Below, in pieces: positions 49,375 to 59,095 of a stretch of DNA of 64,000 bases. The notes below the pieces were generated by a model. It ran no database searches. It saw nothing but the letters and a program-made list of their open reading frames with translations, and was not told the origin of the DNA. The position numbers and the translations under genes are program-made. How positions within the stretch are numbered: position 1 is the first letter of the stretch; each line of letters starts with the position of its first letter. The DNA is from Candidatus Omnitrophota bacterium (GTDB lineage Bacteria > Omnitrophota > Gorgyraeia > Gygaellales > Profunditerraquicolaceae): positions 25,490-89,489 of the forward strand of contig JBAZTA010000007.1 in NCBI GenBank assembly GCA_041662125.1, in the 5' to 3' direction.

Positions 49375-49542
49375 GCGATGTATTTATTCCTGCTTCTTGA
49401 ATTCCCGGATATCCCCTTCCTGCGTTTTCTCGGGAAGATCTCCTCGGTAACCGTTCTAAACTTTACATGGATTTAACGTAACCCTCATATGGTATAATAT
49501 AGAGAATGTATACATAATGTATATAAGAACAAGGAGAAGTAT

Positions 49543-50394
49543 ATGTTTAAGAAACTGATATTGGTTGTAGTAATGCTTATGGGAATATCTTCTGCTTTCG
49601 CTGCTTCAGGAAAGAATTCGTTACAGGTTAAAGGTTCAGATACGATGGTGAATTTAGGGCAGTCCTGGGCGGAAAAATATATGGAGAAGTGCCCACAACT
49701 GTTTATTGCAGTTACCGGAGGAGGCTCAGGTACGGGGTTTGCCAGCCTTATCAGCAATTCATGCGATATCGCCATGAGCTCTCGTAATATTAAGAATAAA
49801 GAAATAGAGCTTGCGAACAAAAAAGGGGTTGCTCCGTATGAAATTAAAGCCGCGCTCGATGGTTTAGCAGTGGTAGTAAACCCGCAGAATCCGGTTAGCA
49901 AGTTGACTCTTGAGCAACTATCGCAGATTTTCACCGGTAAAATAACTAATTGGAAAGAAGTCGGGGGAGATGATAAGAAGATCGTGATCCTTTCCCGGGA
50001 AGTAAATTCAGGCACCCATGTCTATTTCAAAGAACATGTGTTACGTAAGGGCGACTCCGCTTCCAAAGAAGAGTTCGCTCCTTCTGCGCTTATGCTTTCT
50101 TCTTCTCAGGCAATTGCCGATGAAATCGCGCAGAATCCTTCGGCAATCGGTTATTATGGTATGGGGTATATTTCTTCAAAACAGAAAACCATTGCGATAG
50201 CAAAAGATACATTGGCAGCGTATGTAACTCCCACCATAGAAAACGTGATAACGGGGGCTTACCCTATTTCGCGGCCGTTATTTTTATATACCAATGCCGA
50301 GCCTAAGGGTGCGCTTAAGAAATTCATTGATTTTATTCTCTCTCAAGAAGGCCAGGTTATCGTTAAGGAAACTGATTTTGTTCCGGTTCAATGA
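49543..50394 (+). CDS. pstS: phosphate ABC transporter substrate-binding protein
   Basis: Signal peptide and a PstS-family sequence (LQVKGSDTMVNLGQSWAEKY...). Confidence 0.85.
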   Translation: MFKKLILVVVMLMGISSAFAASGKNSLQVKGSDTMVNLGQSWAEKYMEKCPQLFIAVTGGGSGTGFASLISNSCDIAMSSRNIKNKEIELANKKGVAPYEIKAALDGLAVVVNPQNPVSKLTLEQLSQIFTGKITNWKEVGGDDKKIVILSREVNSGTHVYFKEHVLRKGDSASKEEFAPSALMLSSSQAIADEIAQNPSAIGYYGMGYISSKQKTIAIAKDTLAAYVTPTIENVITGAYPISRPLFLYTNAEPKGALKKFIDFILSQEGQVIVKETDFVPVQ

Positions 50395-51260
50395 TCATGC
50401 GTAAATTCAAAGAATTCATTATTGAAAAGTTGATCTTTTGCTGCGGGACCGCGGTCATCTTTTTTGTGGCTCTTATATTCCTGTTTTTGCTGAAAGAAGG
50501 GCTTGCTTTGTTTAAAATAATAAGCGTTCCTTCGTTCCTGTTAGGCAAAAACTGGTACCCTATTTCTGAACCGCCTCAATTAGGGATCTTGCCTTTGATC
50601 TTGGGTTCTCTGTATGTTACGTTTGGCGCTGCGATTATTTCCATTCCCATTGGCGTTGCCTGCGCTGTTTATATCGCGGAAGTCGCTCCGAAGAATATTA
50701 AAGAGGTATTAAAATCAGGGATTGAACTTTTGGCGGCAATCCCCAGCGTTGTCCTTGGTTTTATCGGTATGGTGACACTGGTCCCCTGGGTTAAACATAC
50801 GTTTGGTTTACCTACCGGATTGACCGCGGTATCAGGTTCGATCATTCTCGCTTTTATGGCTATGCCGACGATTGTTTCTGTTGCTGAAGATGCGCTTTAT
50901 TCAGTGCCTCGGGCATATAAAGAAGGGGCGTTGGCGCTGGGAGCTACGCATTGGCAGGCCGTTTACCGCGTCATCCTTCCTGCTGCGTCTTCCGGTATCC
51001 TGGCAGCGGTTATGCTCGGGATCGGCAGGGTGATCGGAGAAACAATGGCAGTGATGATGATCACCGGAAATTCTGCGGTTATTCCGTCTTCGATCTTGCA
51101 GCCGGTGCGCACCTTGACCGCTACCATTGCCGCGGAGATGGGAGAAGCAGTCGTAGGCAGTGAGCATTATTTCGCTTTATTTGCTATAGGTATTGTATTA
51201 TTCTTGATCAGTTTCGCGGTCAATGTCACCGCGGATCTGTTCTTACATAAGAAACGATGA
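50391..51260 (+). CDS. pstC: phosphate ABC transporter permease PstC
   Basis: Six-TM permease with an EAA-like loop. Its position after pstS and an ATGA start/stop overlap support the call. Confidence 0.85.
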   Translation: MIMRKFKEFIIEKLIFCCGTAVIFFVALIFLFLLKEGLALFKIISVPSFLLGKNWYPISEPPQLGILPLILGSLYVTFGAAIISIPIGVACAVYIAEVAPKNIKEVLKSGIELLAAIPSVVLGFIGMVTLVPWVKHTFGLPTGLTAVSGSIILAFMAMPTIVSVAEDALYSVPRAYKEGALALGATHWQAVYRVILPAASSGILAAVMLGIGRVIGETMAVMMITGNSAVIPSSILQPVRTLTATIAAEMGEAVVGSEHYFALFAIGIVLFLISFAVNVTADLFLHKKR

Positions 51261-52108
51261 AACTAAACTCTCAGCGGACACAAAACATTGCATTTTTCTT
51301 TTTGTTCCTGGCTACTTTTTTAGTCGTTTTGCCGGTTGGTTTGATCGTATTGGTTATCATCCAAAAAGGACTGCCGGCGATCAATTGGCAATTCCTTACC
51401 GATATCCCGCGGCAGGGGATGCGCGCCGGCGGAATATTCCCTGCTATTGTCGGCACTATATACCTGGTAGCAGGCGCGATTATTTTTGCCCTTCCGATAG
51501 GGCTTTTGGCGGCTATCTATTTAAGCGAATATTCCAAAGATACTCTTTTGACCAGGATAATTAAATTGGCAATTGTGAATTTGGCAGGAGTGCCTTCAGT
51601 CGTGTATGGGTTATTTGGCCTGGCGCTTTTTGTTATTTTCCTGAAATTCGGGGCATCCATTCTTTCCGGTTCTTTGACGCTGGGGATCATGATCTTGCCG
51701 ATCATTATTACTACTTCGCGTGAAGCCTTAGAGAGCGTGCCGTATTCGTTTCGCGAGGTTAGCCTTTCTTTGGGGGCAAGTAAATGGCAGACCATTCGCC
51801 ATATTGTTTTGCCGAACGCTATTCCCGGTATTTTAACGGGAACTATTCTTGGGTTAGGCAGGGCTGCCGGTGAAACAGCTCCTATCCTTTTTACGGTCGC
51901 GGCTTTTTATCTGCCGCGCCTGCCGGAGTCGATCTTTGACCAGGCAATGGCATTGCCGTATCATCTTTACGTGATCTCAACGCAGGTGCCTAATGTCGAT
52001 GAAAAGACCCGCTATGGTACGGCTCTGGTTTTGTTGACCCTGGTATTAGTTATGAATTTAGTAGCTATTATCATACGCTATCAATTCAGGAAGAAAAAGA
52101 AATGGTAA
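51257..52108 (+). CDS. pstA: phosphate ABC transporter permease PstA
   Basis: Second permease paralogue in the operon. Overlaps the pstC stop. Confidence 0.85.
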   Translation: MKLNSQRTQNIAFFFLFLATFLVVLPVGLIVLVIIQKGLPAINWQFLTDIPRQGMRAGGIFPAIVGTIYLVAGAIIFALPIGLLAAIYLSEYSKDTLLTRIIKLAIVNLAGVPSVVYGLFGLALFVIFLKFGASILSGSLTLGIMILPIIITTSREALESVPYSFREVSLSLGASKWQTIRHIVLPNAIPGILTGTILGLGRAAGETAPILFTVAAFYLPRLPESIFDQAMALPYHLYVISTQVPNVDEKTRYGTALVLLTLVLVMNLVAIIIRYQFRKKKKW

Positions 52109-52848
52109 AATTCAATATTGAGGGGCTTCATATCTGGTTCGGTGGCGTGCAGGCGCTTAAGAATGTCCGTATGGAGATACAAACCCGGCAGATCTTAAGC
52201 GTGATCGGCCCTGCTAACAGCGGAAAGACTACGTTCTTGCGTATGCTTAACCGGCTCAATGAATTGCAATTACATTTTCGCATGGAAGGGATTGTAACGT
52301 TGGATAAAAAGGATATTTGGCATATCGAGTTAGAACTTTTACGCAAGAAAGTGGGGATGGTTTTTGCTATGCCAATGCCGTTGCCGTTATCAATCTATGA
52401 TAACGTGGCATACGGGGCGCGGATGCATAATATACGGGATAAAAAGAAATTAGACAGGATTGTGGAATCGTCGCTGCAACAGGCATATATCTGGGATGAA
52501 GTAAAAGACCGGCTTTTTCTTTCAGCATTTAAGTTATCCGGCGGCCAGCAGCAGCGCCTTTGTATCGCGCGCACCCTGGCAGTCGAACCGGAGGTCATTT
52601 TATTTGATGAGCCTTGTTCCGGGCTTGACCCGATATCGACAGCGAAAGTAGAAGAAACGATGCTGAAGCTTAAAGAGCAATATACCATTGTTTTGGTGAC
52701 TAATAATGTGAAACAGGCTGCCCGGGTGGGAGATATGACCGCTTTTTTCCTCTCAGGCGAGCTTATTGAACTAGATAAGACAGATAAGATCTTCACTGCG
52801 CCGAAGGATAAGCGGACAGAGGATTATATCATGGGTAAATTCGGATAA
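52102..52848 (+). CDS. pstB: phosphate ABC transporter ATP-binding protein PstB (canonical LSGGQ)
   Basis: Walker [10 protein letters not shown], signature LSGGQQQRL, Walker B ILFDEP. Confidence 0.9.
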   Translation: MVKFNIEGLHIWFGGVQALKNVRMEIQTRQILSVIGPANSGKTTFLRMLNRLNELQLHFRMEGIVTLDKKDIWHIELELLRKKVGMVFAMPMPLPLSIYDNVAYGARMHNIRDKKKLDRIVESSLQQAYIWDEVKDRLFLSAFKLSGGQQQRLCIARTLAVEPEVILFDEPCSGLDPISTAKVEETMLKLKEQYTIVLVTNNVKQAARVGDMTAFFLSGELIELDKTDKIFTAPKDKRTEDYIMGKFG

Positions 52849-52859
52849 TATTTTTTGCT

Positions 52860-53615
52860 ATGGTTAAAATAGTTACCAGTAATCTAAATCTGTGGTACAG
52901 CGGTTTCCAGGCTTTAAAAAACGTTTGTGTCAGCCTTCAGGAGAAGAAGATCACCGCAATTATTGGCCCGTCAGGTTGCGGGAAGTCGACGCTCTTACGG
53001 GTTTTTAACCGGATGAACGACCTTGTAGAAGGTATCAAAATGGGGGGAGAGGTTTTAATTGACGGAAAGAATATTTTAGACCAAAAAATTGATTTAGTTG
53101 CGCTGCGCAAGAATGTAGGTATGGTTTTCCAAAGGCCCAATCCTTTTCCTCTGAGCATTTTTGAGAACGTAGTGTTTGGTTTAAGGATACACGGCTTTGC
53201 GCAAAGCAAAGAAAACGTGTATAGGGTGGTTGAAGAGAGTTTACGTTCGGTACTTTTGTGGGATGAATTAAAGGACAGGCTGCATGAATCTGCAATGGAT
53301 CTTTCGCTTGAACAAAAACAGCGGCTTTGTATCGCCCGGCTTATCGCGGTAAAACCCGATATTTTATTAATGGATGAGCCGTGTTCTTCGCTTGATCCAC
53401 AGGCAACTGCGCGTATTGAAGAATTAATGCGTGAACTTAAAGCTAACTATACGATCGTCATTGTCACGCATAATATGCAGCAGGCAGCGCGTATTTCTGA
53501 TGATACGGGTTTTATGCTTTTAGGAGAGTTAGTAGAGTTCGGCAAGACTGAAAACGTATTTACCGCTCCGAAGGATAAGCGGACGGAAGACTATATTACG
53601 GGCAGATACGGGTAA
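52860..53615 (+). CDS. pstB: second PstB-type ATPase with degenerate signature motif (LSLEQ)
   Basis: Walker [10 protein letters not shown] and Walker B LLMDEP. At the signature position it reads LSLEQKQRL instead of LSGGQ. Confidence 0.85.
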   Translation: MVKIVTSNLNLWYSGFQALKNVCVSLQEKKITAIIGPSGCGKSTLLRVFNRMNDLVEGIKMGGEVLIDGKNILDQKIDLVALRKNVGMVFQRPNPFPLSIFENVVFGLRIHGFAQSKENVYRVVEESLRSVLLWDELKDRLHESAMDLSLEQKQRLCIARLIAVKPDILLMDEPCSSLDPQATARIEELMRELKANYTIVIVTHNMQQAARISDDTGFMLLGELVEFGKTENVFTAPKDKRTEDYITGRYG

Positions 53616-53709
53616 GAGCGTGTCATGGGTTTCGGGTGATTCGGGGAGCGGTAAAACATTCGTTATTTTAGGCGATTTATGATAAACTATTATATATTCA
53701 GGAGGAAGT

Positions 53710-54375
53710 ATGCAGAGACATTTTGATGATGAGTTAAAGGAATTGCTTAAGGATATCTTAAAGATGGCTGCGTTGACGCAGGAATCTATCTTTAAGTCTA
53801 CAGAAGCATTGAAAAGCCGTGACCGCGCCCAGGCTCAGGAAGTCATTAGCCATGATAATGCCATTGATGAGTTGGAGTTGGCGATTGATGAACGTTGTAT
53901 TGATTTGATCGCGCGGTATCAGCCGATGGCAGGTGATTTGCGGTTTATTTCTACCGGCATGAAGATCAACGCTGACCTTGAGCGTATCGCTGACCTCTCA
54001 GTTGATATCTCTGAGCGGGTGTTAGAATTAGTGGATAAGCCGTTATTGAAACCATTGATTGATATCCCGAAATTATCGGTTATTGCCCAGAATATGGTGC
54101 ATGATTCGATCGACGCGTTTGTGAATAAGAATGTTGATTTGGCAAAAAAAGTAGTTTTGTCAGACCCGGAAGCGGATAAGCTGCGTAACTTGGTTCAGGA
54201 TGAATTGATCAATGATTATATGTCGGTTGACCCCAAAACCGCTGACCGAGCGGTTCCCCTTTTACTGATAGCCCGGCATCTTGAGCGTATCTGCGACCAT
54301 GCAACCAATATCGCCGAAGATGTGGTTTATCTGGTTGAAGCAAGAGTGGTAAAACACCATCCCGAAGCGCTGTAG
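53710..54375 (+). CDS. phoU: phosphate signalling complex protein PhoU
   Basis: Two PhoU repeats (DxxxD/ExxxD motifs such as ERIADLSVD and ERICDHATNIAED). Confidence 0.85.
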   Translation: MQRHFDDELKELLKDILKMAALTQESIFKSTEALKSRDRAQAQEVISHDNAIDELELAIDERCIDLIARYQPMAGDLRFISTGMKINADLERIADLSVDISERVLELVDKPLLKPLIDIPKLSVIAQNMVHDSIDAFVNKNVDLAKKVVLSDPEADKLRNLVQDELINDYMSVDPKTADRAVPLLLIARHLERICDHATNIAEDVVYLVEARVVKHHPEAL

Positions 54376-54457
54376 TAAACGATAGAGTATCTCCTTGACC
54401 CTCTTTGGAATTATGCTATGATAATTGTTTAGAAAACTTTTTTGCCAAAACTATCCT

Positions 54458-55174
54458 ATGAAAGAGAGAATCGTTACCTGGATCAAGCAACAAGTGCGCC
54501 TCGCGCAGGTAAAAGGCGTTGTGATGGGCTTAAGCGGAGGGATTGATTCCAGTGTAATCGCTGCTTTAGTTAAGCAAGCGGTTGGCGCAAAGCGGCTTTT
54601 AGCTTTAATGTTACCCTGCCATAGCCAGAAAGAAGATATGGCTGATGCTCTCTTGGTGGCTCGGCACCTCGGCATTAAGACGAAAGTCATTGATCTATCC
54701 GGGTTATACGATATGTTCTTGAAGATCTTGCCGAAAGGCAACAAGCTGGCTTTGGCAAATTTGAAATCCCGGCTGCGTATGGTTGTCCTTTATTATTATG
54801 CGAACACCTTAAATTATCTGGTCTGCGGCACGGGTAATAAAAGTGAGCTTATGATCGGGTATTTTACCAAGCATGGCGATGGAGCTACCGATATACTCCC
54901 CATCGCTGATTTATTAAAAAAAGATGTCCGCAAGCTTGCGCGCGCATTAGATATCCCTGAGCGGGTGATTACCAAGCCTCCGACTGCCGGCCTCTGGCCC
55001 GGCCAGACTGATGAAGGCGAGATGGGAGTCACCTATCCTGAATTGGATGAGATCTTAGAGCGTTTGGAAACAAAACAGAAACCGGTTACTGCAAAGGAAA
55101 AAGTCGATAGGATCAAGAAGATGATCGCTCGTTCTGAACATAAGAGGCAGGGGCCGAAGATCTGCTATCGATGA
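54458..55174 (+). CDS. nadE: ammonia-dependent NAD+ synthetase
   Basis: PP-loop motif GLSGGIDSS and the NadE family. The ATG at 54458 is preferred. The ORF-track start is the TTG at 54425. Confidence 0.85.
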   Translation: MKERIVTWIKQQVRLAQVKGVVMGLSGGIDSSVIAALVKQAVGAKRLLALMLPCHSQKEDMADALLVARHLGIKTKVIDLSGLYDMFLKILPKGNKLALANLKSRLRMVVLYYYANTLNYLVCGTGNKSELMIGYFTKHGDGATDILPIADLLKKDVRKLARALDIPERVITKPPTAGLWPGQTDEGEMGVTYPELDEILERLETKQKPVTAKEKVDRIKKMIARSEHKRQGPKICYR

Positions 55175-55190
55175 AACGGAGGAAAGTAGT

Positions 55191-55676
55191 ATGGATGAGA
55201 TATTAGAGATATTAGAAAAAGACGCGCGTTTAACCCCGGCAGAGATCGCGATCATGCTTAAGAAAAAACCGGCTGAAGTTAAAAAAGCGGTTTTAAAATT
55301 TGAAAAAGAAGGCATTATCCTGCGGTATAAGGCGGTCATTAATAAAGAATTAGTCAGGGATCCTGATACGACGGTGCGGGCATTGATCGAGGTTGATATT
55401 ACTCCTCAGAAAGATCTGGGTTTTGATAAGATCGCCGAAAGGATATATTCGTTCCCTGAGGTTTCCAGCTGTTATTTGGTTTCGGGTACCTATGACTTGC
55501 TTCTGATCGTCGAAGGAAGAGATATGCACACCGTCTCTAACTTTGTGGCGGAGAAACTGGCACCGATGGAAAATGTGAAAGGCACATCGACTCACTTCTT
55601 AATGAAGAAATATAAAGAAGACGGGGTTATTTTAAAACATAAAGAAGAACACAAGCGGATAGCGATATCGTATTAA
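55191..55676 (+). CDS. lrp: Lrp/AsnC-family transcriptional regulator
   Basis: HTH_AsnC N-terminus (ILEILEKDARLTPAEIA) plus a RAM/AsnC_trans_reg C-terminal domain. RBS GGAGGAAAG. Confidence 0.8.
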   Translation: MDEILEILEKDARLTPAEIAIMLKKKPAEVKKAVLKFEKEGIILRYKAVINKELVRDPDTTVRALIEVDITPQKDLGFDKIAERIYSFPEVSSCYLVSGTYDLLLIVEGRDMHTVSNFVAEKLAPMENVKGTSTHFLMKKYKEDGVILKHKEEHKRIAISY

Positions 55677-55700
55677 TCATACGGGAAATTGAGAAGAACA

Positions 55701-56867
55701 ATGACCGACAGGATCGCTCATATAGTCAAGGAAATGCAGCCATCAGGAATACGGGCTTTTTTTGACCTCGTGCTGGGGATGAAAGATGTGATCTCTCTTG
55801 GCGTGGGTGAGCCGGATTTCGTCACTCCCTGGCCGATACGGGAAGCAGGCATTTATTCCCTTGAGCAGGGGTTTACTTCATATACTTCAAACAAGGGGTT
55901 ATATAAGCTGCGTTTGGGTATCAGCCGGTATTTAAAGAATAAGTTTGGCCTGGAGTATTGCCCTGATGAAGAGATCTTAATTACGGTTGGGGTAAGCGAG
56001 GGGATGGACCTGATTTTGCGCGCGATCACCAACCCCGGGGATAAAATATTGATTCCGATCCCCAGTTATGTTTCTTATGGGCCGATGACTGAGTTGGCAG
56101 GCGGTATTCCGGTATATATTGATACTGAAAAACGAAACTTTAAATTAACGCCGGCTGATTTAGAGAAACATATTGACCGAAAGACTAAGGCAATTATTTT
56201 TAATTATCCAGGGAATCCGACTGGTGTTTCGTATACACGCAAAGAATTGTCCCAGATCAATAGGATCCTTTTAAAGCATAATGTCTTGTGCATATCAGAT
56301 GAAATATATGGGGATTTGACCTATGATTTTGAGCATACGCCTTTTGCGACGCTCCCCCGCGCGAAAGATAATACGGTTTATCTCGACGGATTCTCTAAAA
56401 GCTACGCGATGACCGGTTGGAGGGTTGGCTTTGCCTGCGGCCCGAAAGAGATTATTGCCGCAATGACTAAGATACATCAATATACGATCATGTGTGTGTC
56501 GATCACTTCCCAGATGGCGGCGTGTGAAGCTTTGCAAAGCGGCAGGAAGTCAGTAGAGGAAATGAAGCGGGAGTACCGCAGAAGACGGGAATTTATCGTG
56601 GATGCGCTTAATCAATTAGGCTTGCCGTGCGCAATGCCTCAGGGAGCTTTTTATGCTTTCGCGTCCATTAAAAAAACAGGCATGAATTCAATTGATTTCG
56701 CGCAAAGGCTGCTTCGAGAGCAAAAAGTTGCGGTTGTGCCCGGAAATGCGTTTGGCTCCTCAGGGGAAGGTTATGTGAGGATGTCCTATGCTTCAAGCCT
56801 GGAGAATCTTAAAGAAGCAGTAAGAAGGATCGCGTTATTTTTACGAAGGGGAACCAAACATGGGTAA
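55701..56867 (+). CDS. PLP-dependent aminotransferase, class I (aspartate/aromatic aminotransferase-like)
   Basis: Fold-type I aminotransferase with the PLP-lysine region (...FSKSYAMTGWRVGF). The ATG at 55701 is preferred. The ORF-track start is the TTG at 55689. Confidence 0.8.
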   Translation: MTDRIAHIVKEMQPSGIRAFFDLVLGMKDVISLGVGEPDFVTPWPIREAGIYSLEQGFTSYTSNKGLYKLRLGISRYLKNKFGLEYCPDEEILITVGVSEGMDLILRAITNPGDKILIPIPSYVSYGPMTELAGGIPVYIDTEKRNFKLTPADLEKHIDRKTKAIIFNYPGNPTGVSYTRKELSQINRILLKHNVLCISDEIYGDLTYDFEHTPFATLPRAKDNTVYLDGFSKSYAMTGWRVGFACGPKEIIAAMTKIHQYTIMCVSITSQMAACEALQSGRKSVEEMKREYRRRREFIVDALNQLGLPCAMPQGAFYAFASIKKTGMNSIDFAQRLLREQKVAVVPGNAFGSSGEGYVRMSYASSLENLKEAVRRIALFLRRGTKHG

Positions 56868-57600
56868 AGTAGTTAAGGCTGTCAAAAAGAAAGAGAATTA
56901 CCAGGTATACGTGAAACAGATCGAGGCGCTTTCAAAAGTGGCAAATTTGATCACCTCCGGTTTATATATGGATGAGCTGCTTCGTTTGATCGTGCAAGTG
57001 ACCGCCGAGATCATGAACTCTAAGATTTCGTCGCTTATGCTGCTTGACCCGGATAAGAAAGAATTGGTCGTGCGGGCAACGCAGTCTATATCAGAAGCGT
57101 ATAATAAAAAGCCGAATGTTAAATTAGGAGTAGGCATCGCCGGTATCGCAGCGCAGGAAAATAAGACGGTATTTGTTTTGGATGTCAGGGAAGACTCCCG
57201 GTATCTTAACCGTGATATCGCGGTTAAGGAAGGCCTTTGTTCTTTAGCGAGTGTCCCGTTAGCAGTCAAGGGAAGGGTTATCGGAGTGTTGAACTGTTAT
57301 ACTTCGAAAAAGCATGTTTTTACCAAGCATGAAGTGGATATTTTAACCGCGCTGGCTAATCAGGCTGCAGTGGCGATTGAAAATGCGGAATTAGATGTCC
57401 GCGCCCGTACCGCCGAAGAAGCTTTGACTACCAGGAAACTCGTTGAACGAGCAAAAGATATCTTGTCGCAGGAAGCTAATATTTCTTCTTCGGAAGCGTT
57501 CCGGCTGATCCAGAAACAAAGTATGGATATGCGTAAGGGGATGCGTGAGATCGCCGAAGCGATCATTTTGGCAAAAGATATCAGAGGCAAAAGAGATTAA
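56860..57600 (+). CDS. GAF + ANTAR domain RNA-binding regulator (putative transcription antiterminator)
   Basis: A GAF-like domain (residues ~20-170) followed by a C-terminal ANTAR helix bundle (KLVERAKDILSQEANISSSEAFRLIQKQSMDMRKGMREIAE). The start overlaps the stop of the aminotransferase gene. Confidence 0.7.
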   Translation: MGKVVKAVKKKENYQVYVKQIEALSKVANLITSGLYMDELLRLIVQVTAEIMNSKISSLMLLDPDKKELVVRATQSISEAYNKKPNVKLGVGIAGIAAQENKTVFVLDVREDSRYLNRDIAVKEGLCSLASVPLAVKGRVIGVLNCYTSKKHVFTKHEVDILTALANQAAVAIENAELDVRARTAEEALTTRKLVERAKDILSQEANISSSEAFRLIQKQSMDMRKGMREIAEAIILAKDIRGKRD

Positions 57601-57611
57601 GCAATAAAGGC

Positions 57612-57646
57612 TTGACAGGAACGGCCTGTTTGGTATAATTGCTTTT
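57612..57646 (+). promoter_or_regulatory. consensus sigma70 promoter (TTGACA-N17-TATAAT)
   Basis: TTGACAggaacggcctgtttggtATAATT, a perfect -35 with a near-perfect -10, lying 12 nt after the GAF-ANTAR stop. Confidence 0.5.
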
Positions 57647-57672
57647 GTACAGAATTGACACGTAAGACAGAG

Positions 57673-57714
57673 AAGTCTTTTTGCAACGAACGCAAAAAGA
57701 CTTTATTTTTTTAG
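57673..57714 (+). terminator. strong intrinsic terminator in the atp leader (12-bp stem + U9 tract)
   Basis: AAGTCTTTTTGC-aacgaac-GCAAAAAGACTT followed by tattttttt, about 25 nt downstream of the predicted transcription start. A second hairpin AAGGCGT...ACGCCTT at 57721-57759 precedes the atpZ/I start. Confidence 0.6.
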
Positions 57715-57768
57715 AGAACTAAGGCGTTTTTTCCTCCAGTGCTTGGATGAAGGACGCCTTTTTCCTTT

Positions 57769-58005
57769 ATGGCTGAAAAAGAAGGGTCCTATAAATTAAT
57801 CAAGATCGCAGGGGTTGCTTCTTTTATCCCGTTATTGTTAGCGTCCGGTCCGGTGGCCGGGTACCTGGCAGGTGAATATTTCATAAAGAAATTTAACGCA
57901 GGTACATGGGTGTATTTTATTTGTATCGGCACGGGTTTTCTTGCCAGTTTAATAGAAATAATCAGGCTTGTTAAATTTGTGTTGTTGGTAGATAAGAAGC
58001 CTTGA
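57769..58005 (+). CDS. small 2-TM membrane protein, AtpZ/AtpI-like (ATP synthase operon leader gene)
   Basis: 78 aa with two hydrophobic helices, as the first ORF of the atp operon. This is the position typical of atpZ/atpI. Confidence 0.5.
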   Translation: MAEKEGSYKLIKIAGVASFIPLLLASGPVAGYLAGEYFIKKFNAGTWVYFICIGTGFLASLIEIIRLVKFVLLVDKKP

Positions 58006-58084
58006 ATCTTTAAATTTAACTTGTTAGTTGGTTCTTGAGCAGTCTCTGATTTATAAAAGTAATAAGAAATGCAGGGAAATTAAT

Positions 58085-58831
58085 ATGGAAGAAGGTTCTG
58101 TAGTGCAGCATGAATTACCCGATGTGTTGGCGTTGCTTGCGGAAAGATTCAAGGGTAATCCGTTTTTTGAAAATCTGTATATCTGGGAACATGTTGTTTA
58201 TTCGCTCTTTATTATGGCAGTGATTTCGGTAATTGCTTTTTATGCCACGAGAAAAAGTTCTTTGATCCCGGGGAGGCTGCAGAATGCGGTTGAGATCTTA
58301 GCGGGCGGGTTGGATGATTTTGTCTGTGGTATCCTGGGGCCGAAAGGAAGAAAATACACTCCTTTTATCGGCACGCTCTTTATTTATATACTCTTTATGA
58401 ATCTCTCCGGCTTGGTCCCGTTCCTGAAGCCTTCGACAGCAAGCTGGTCAACGACCCTGGCGTTAGCGCTGTGTGTTTTCTTTTACGTTCAATACGCCGC
58501 GCTCAAGGATCTGGGCTTACGGGGATACCTTGACCACCTGGCAGGAAAACCGCGCGGCGCGATCGCGTTTTCAATTGTTATTCCGTTGTTAATGTTTTTT
58601 TTGCATCTGGTGGGTGAATTGATTAAACCGATCAGTTTATCGCTTCGTCTGCGCAGTAATATCTGGGGTGATGATGTGTTATTATCGGTTTTGGCGAATT
58701 TCGGCATGCAAGGGTTTCCTTTGCTGTTTTTTAATATGCTTTCATCGCTTTTATCGGCGGTTGTCCAGGCAGTGGTTTTTTGCCTTTTAAGCACGATTTA
58801 TTTTGCTGTTGTTTTAACCCATGAAGAATAG
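58085..58831 (+). CDS. atpB: F0F1 ATP synthase subunit a
   Basis: Conserved Arg-containing helix 4 motif (PISLSLRLRSNIWGDD) in a polytopic protein. The ATG at 58085 is preferred. The ORF-track start is the TTG at 58028. Confidence 0.85.
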   Translation: MEEGSVVQHELPDVLALLAERFKGNPFFENLYIWEHVVYSLFIMAVISVIAFYATRKSSLIPGRLQNAVEILAGGLDDFVCGILGPKGRKYTPFIGTLFIYILFMNLSGLVPFLKPSTASWSTTLALALCVFFYVQYAALKDLGLRGYLDHLAGKPRGAIAFSIVIPLLMFFLHLVGELIKPISLSLRLRSNIWGDDVLLSVLANFGMQGFPLLFFNMLSSLLSAVVQAVVFCLLSTIYFAVVLTHEE

Positions 58832-58849
58832 GTAAAAAAAGGAGGAAAT

Positions 58850-59080
58850 ATGGATTTAAAATTCGCACTTGCGTTGAGCCTTCCGATTGGACTGGGATTG
58901 GCTGCGTTTGGCTCCGCGTTGGGTTTGGGTAAGGCTGTTGCTTCGGCGATGGATGCGATTGCCCGCCAACCCGAGGCTTCAACAAAAATATTGATCAATA
59001 TGACCATCGGCTGCGCGTTTATCGAAGCAATCACTATTTATGCCCTGGTTTTTTCATTTGTATTATCGGGGAAATTTTAA
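58850..59080 (+). CDS. atpE: F0F1 ATP synthase subunit c
   Basis: A 76-aa helical hairpin with ARQPE in the loop and the ion-binding Glu in FIEAITIYALV. Confidence 0.9.
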   Translation: MDLKFALALSLPIGLGLAAFGSALGLGKAVASAMDAIARQPEASTKILINMTIGCAFIEAITIYALVFSFVLSGKF

Positions 59081-59095
59081 ACATTTTTATAAACT

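Noticed and set aside
58850-59080. Na+-coupled c-ring
   Set aside because: The c subunit has the Glu and Thr/Tyr of the ion site but lacks the helix-1 Gln and the Ser next to the Glu that are typical of Na+-binding c-rings. It is probably H+-coupled, which is not distinctive.
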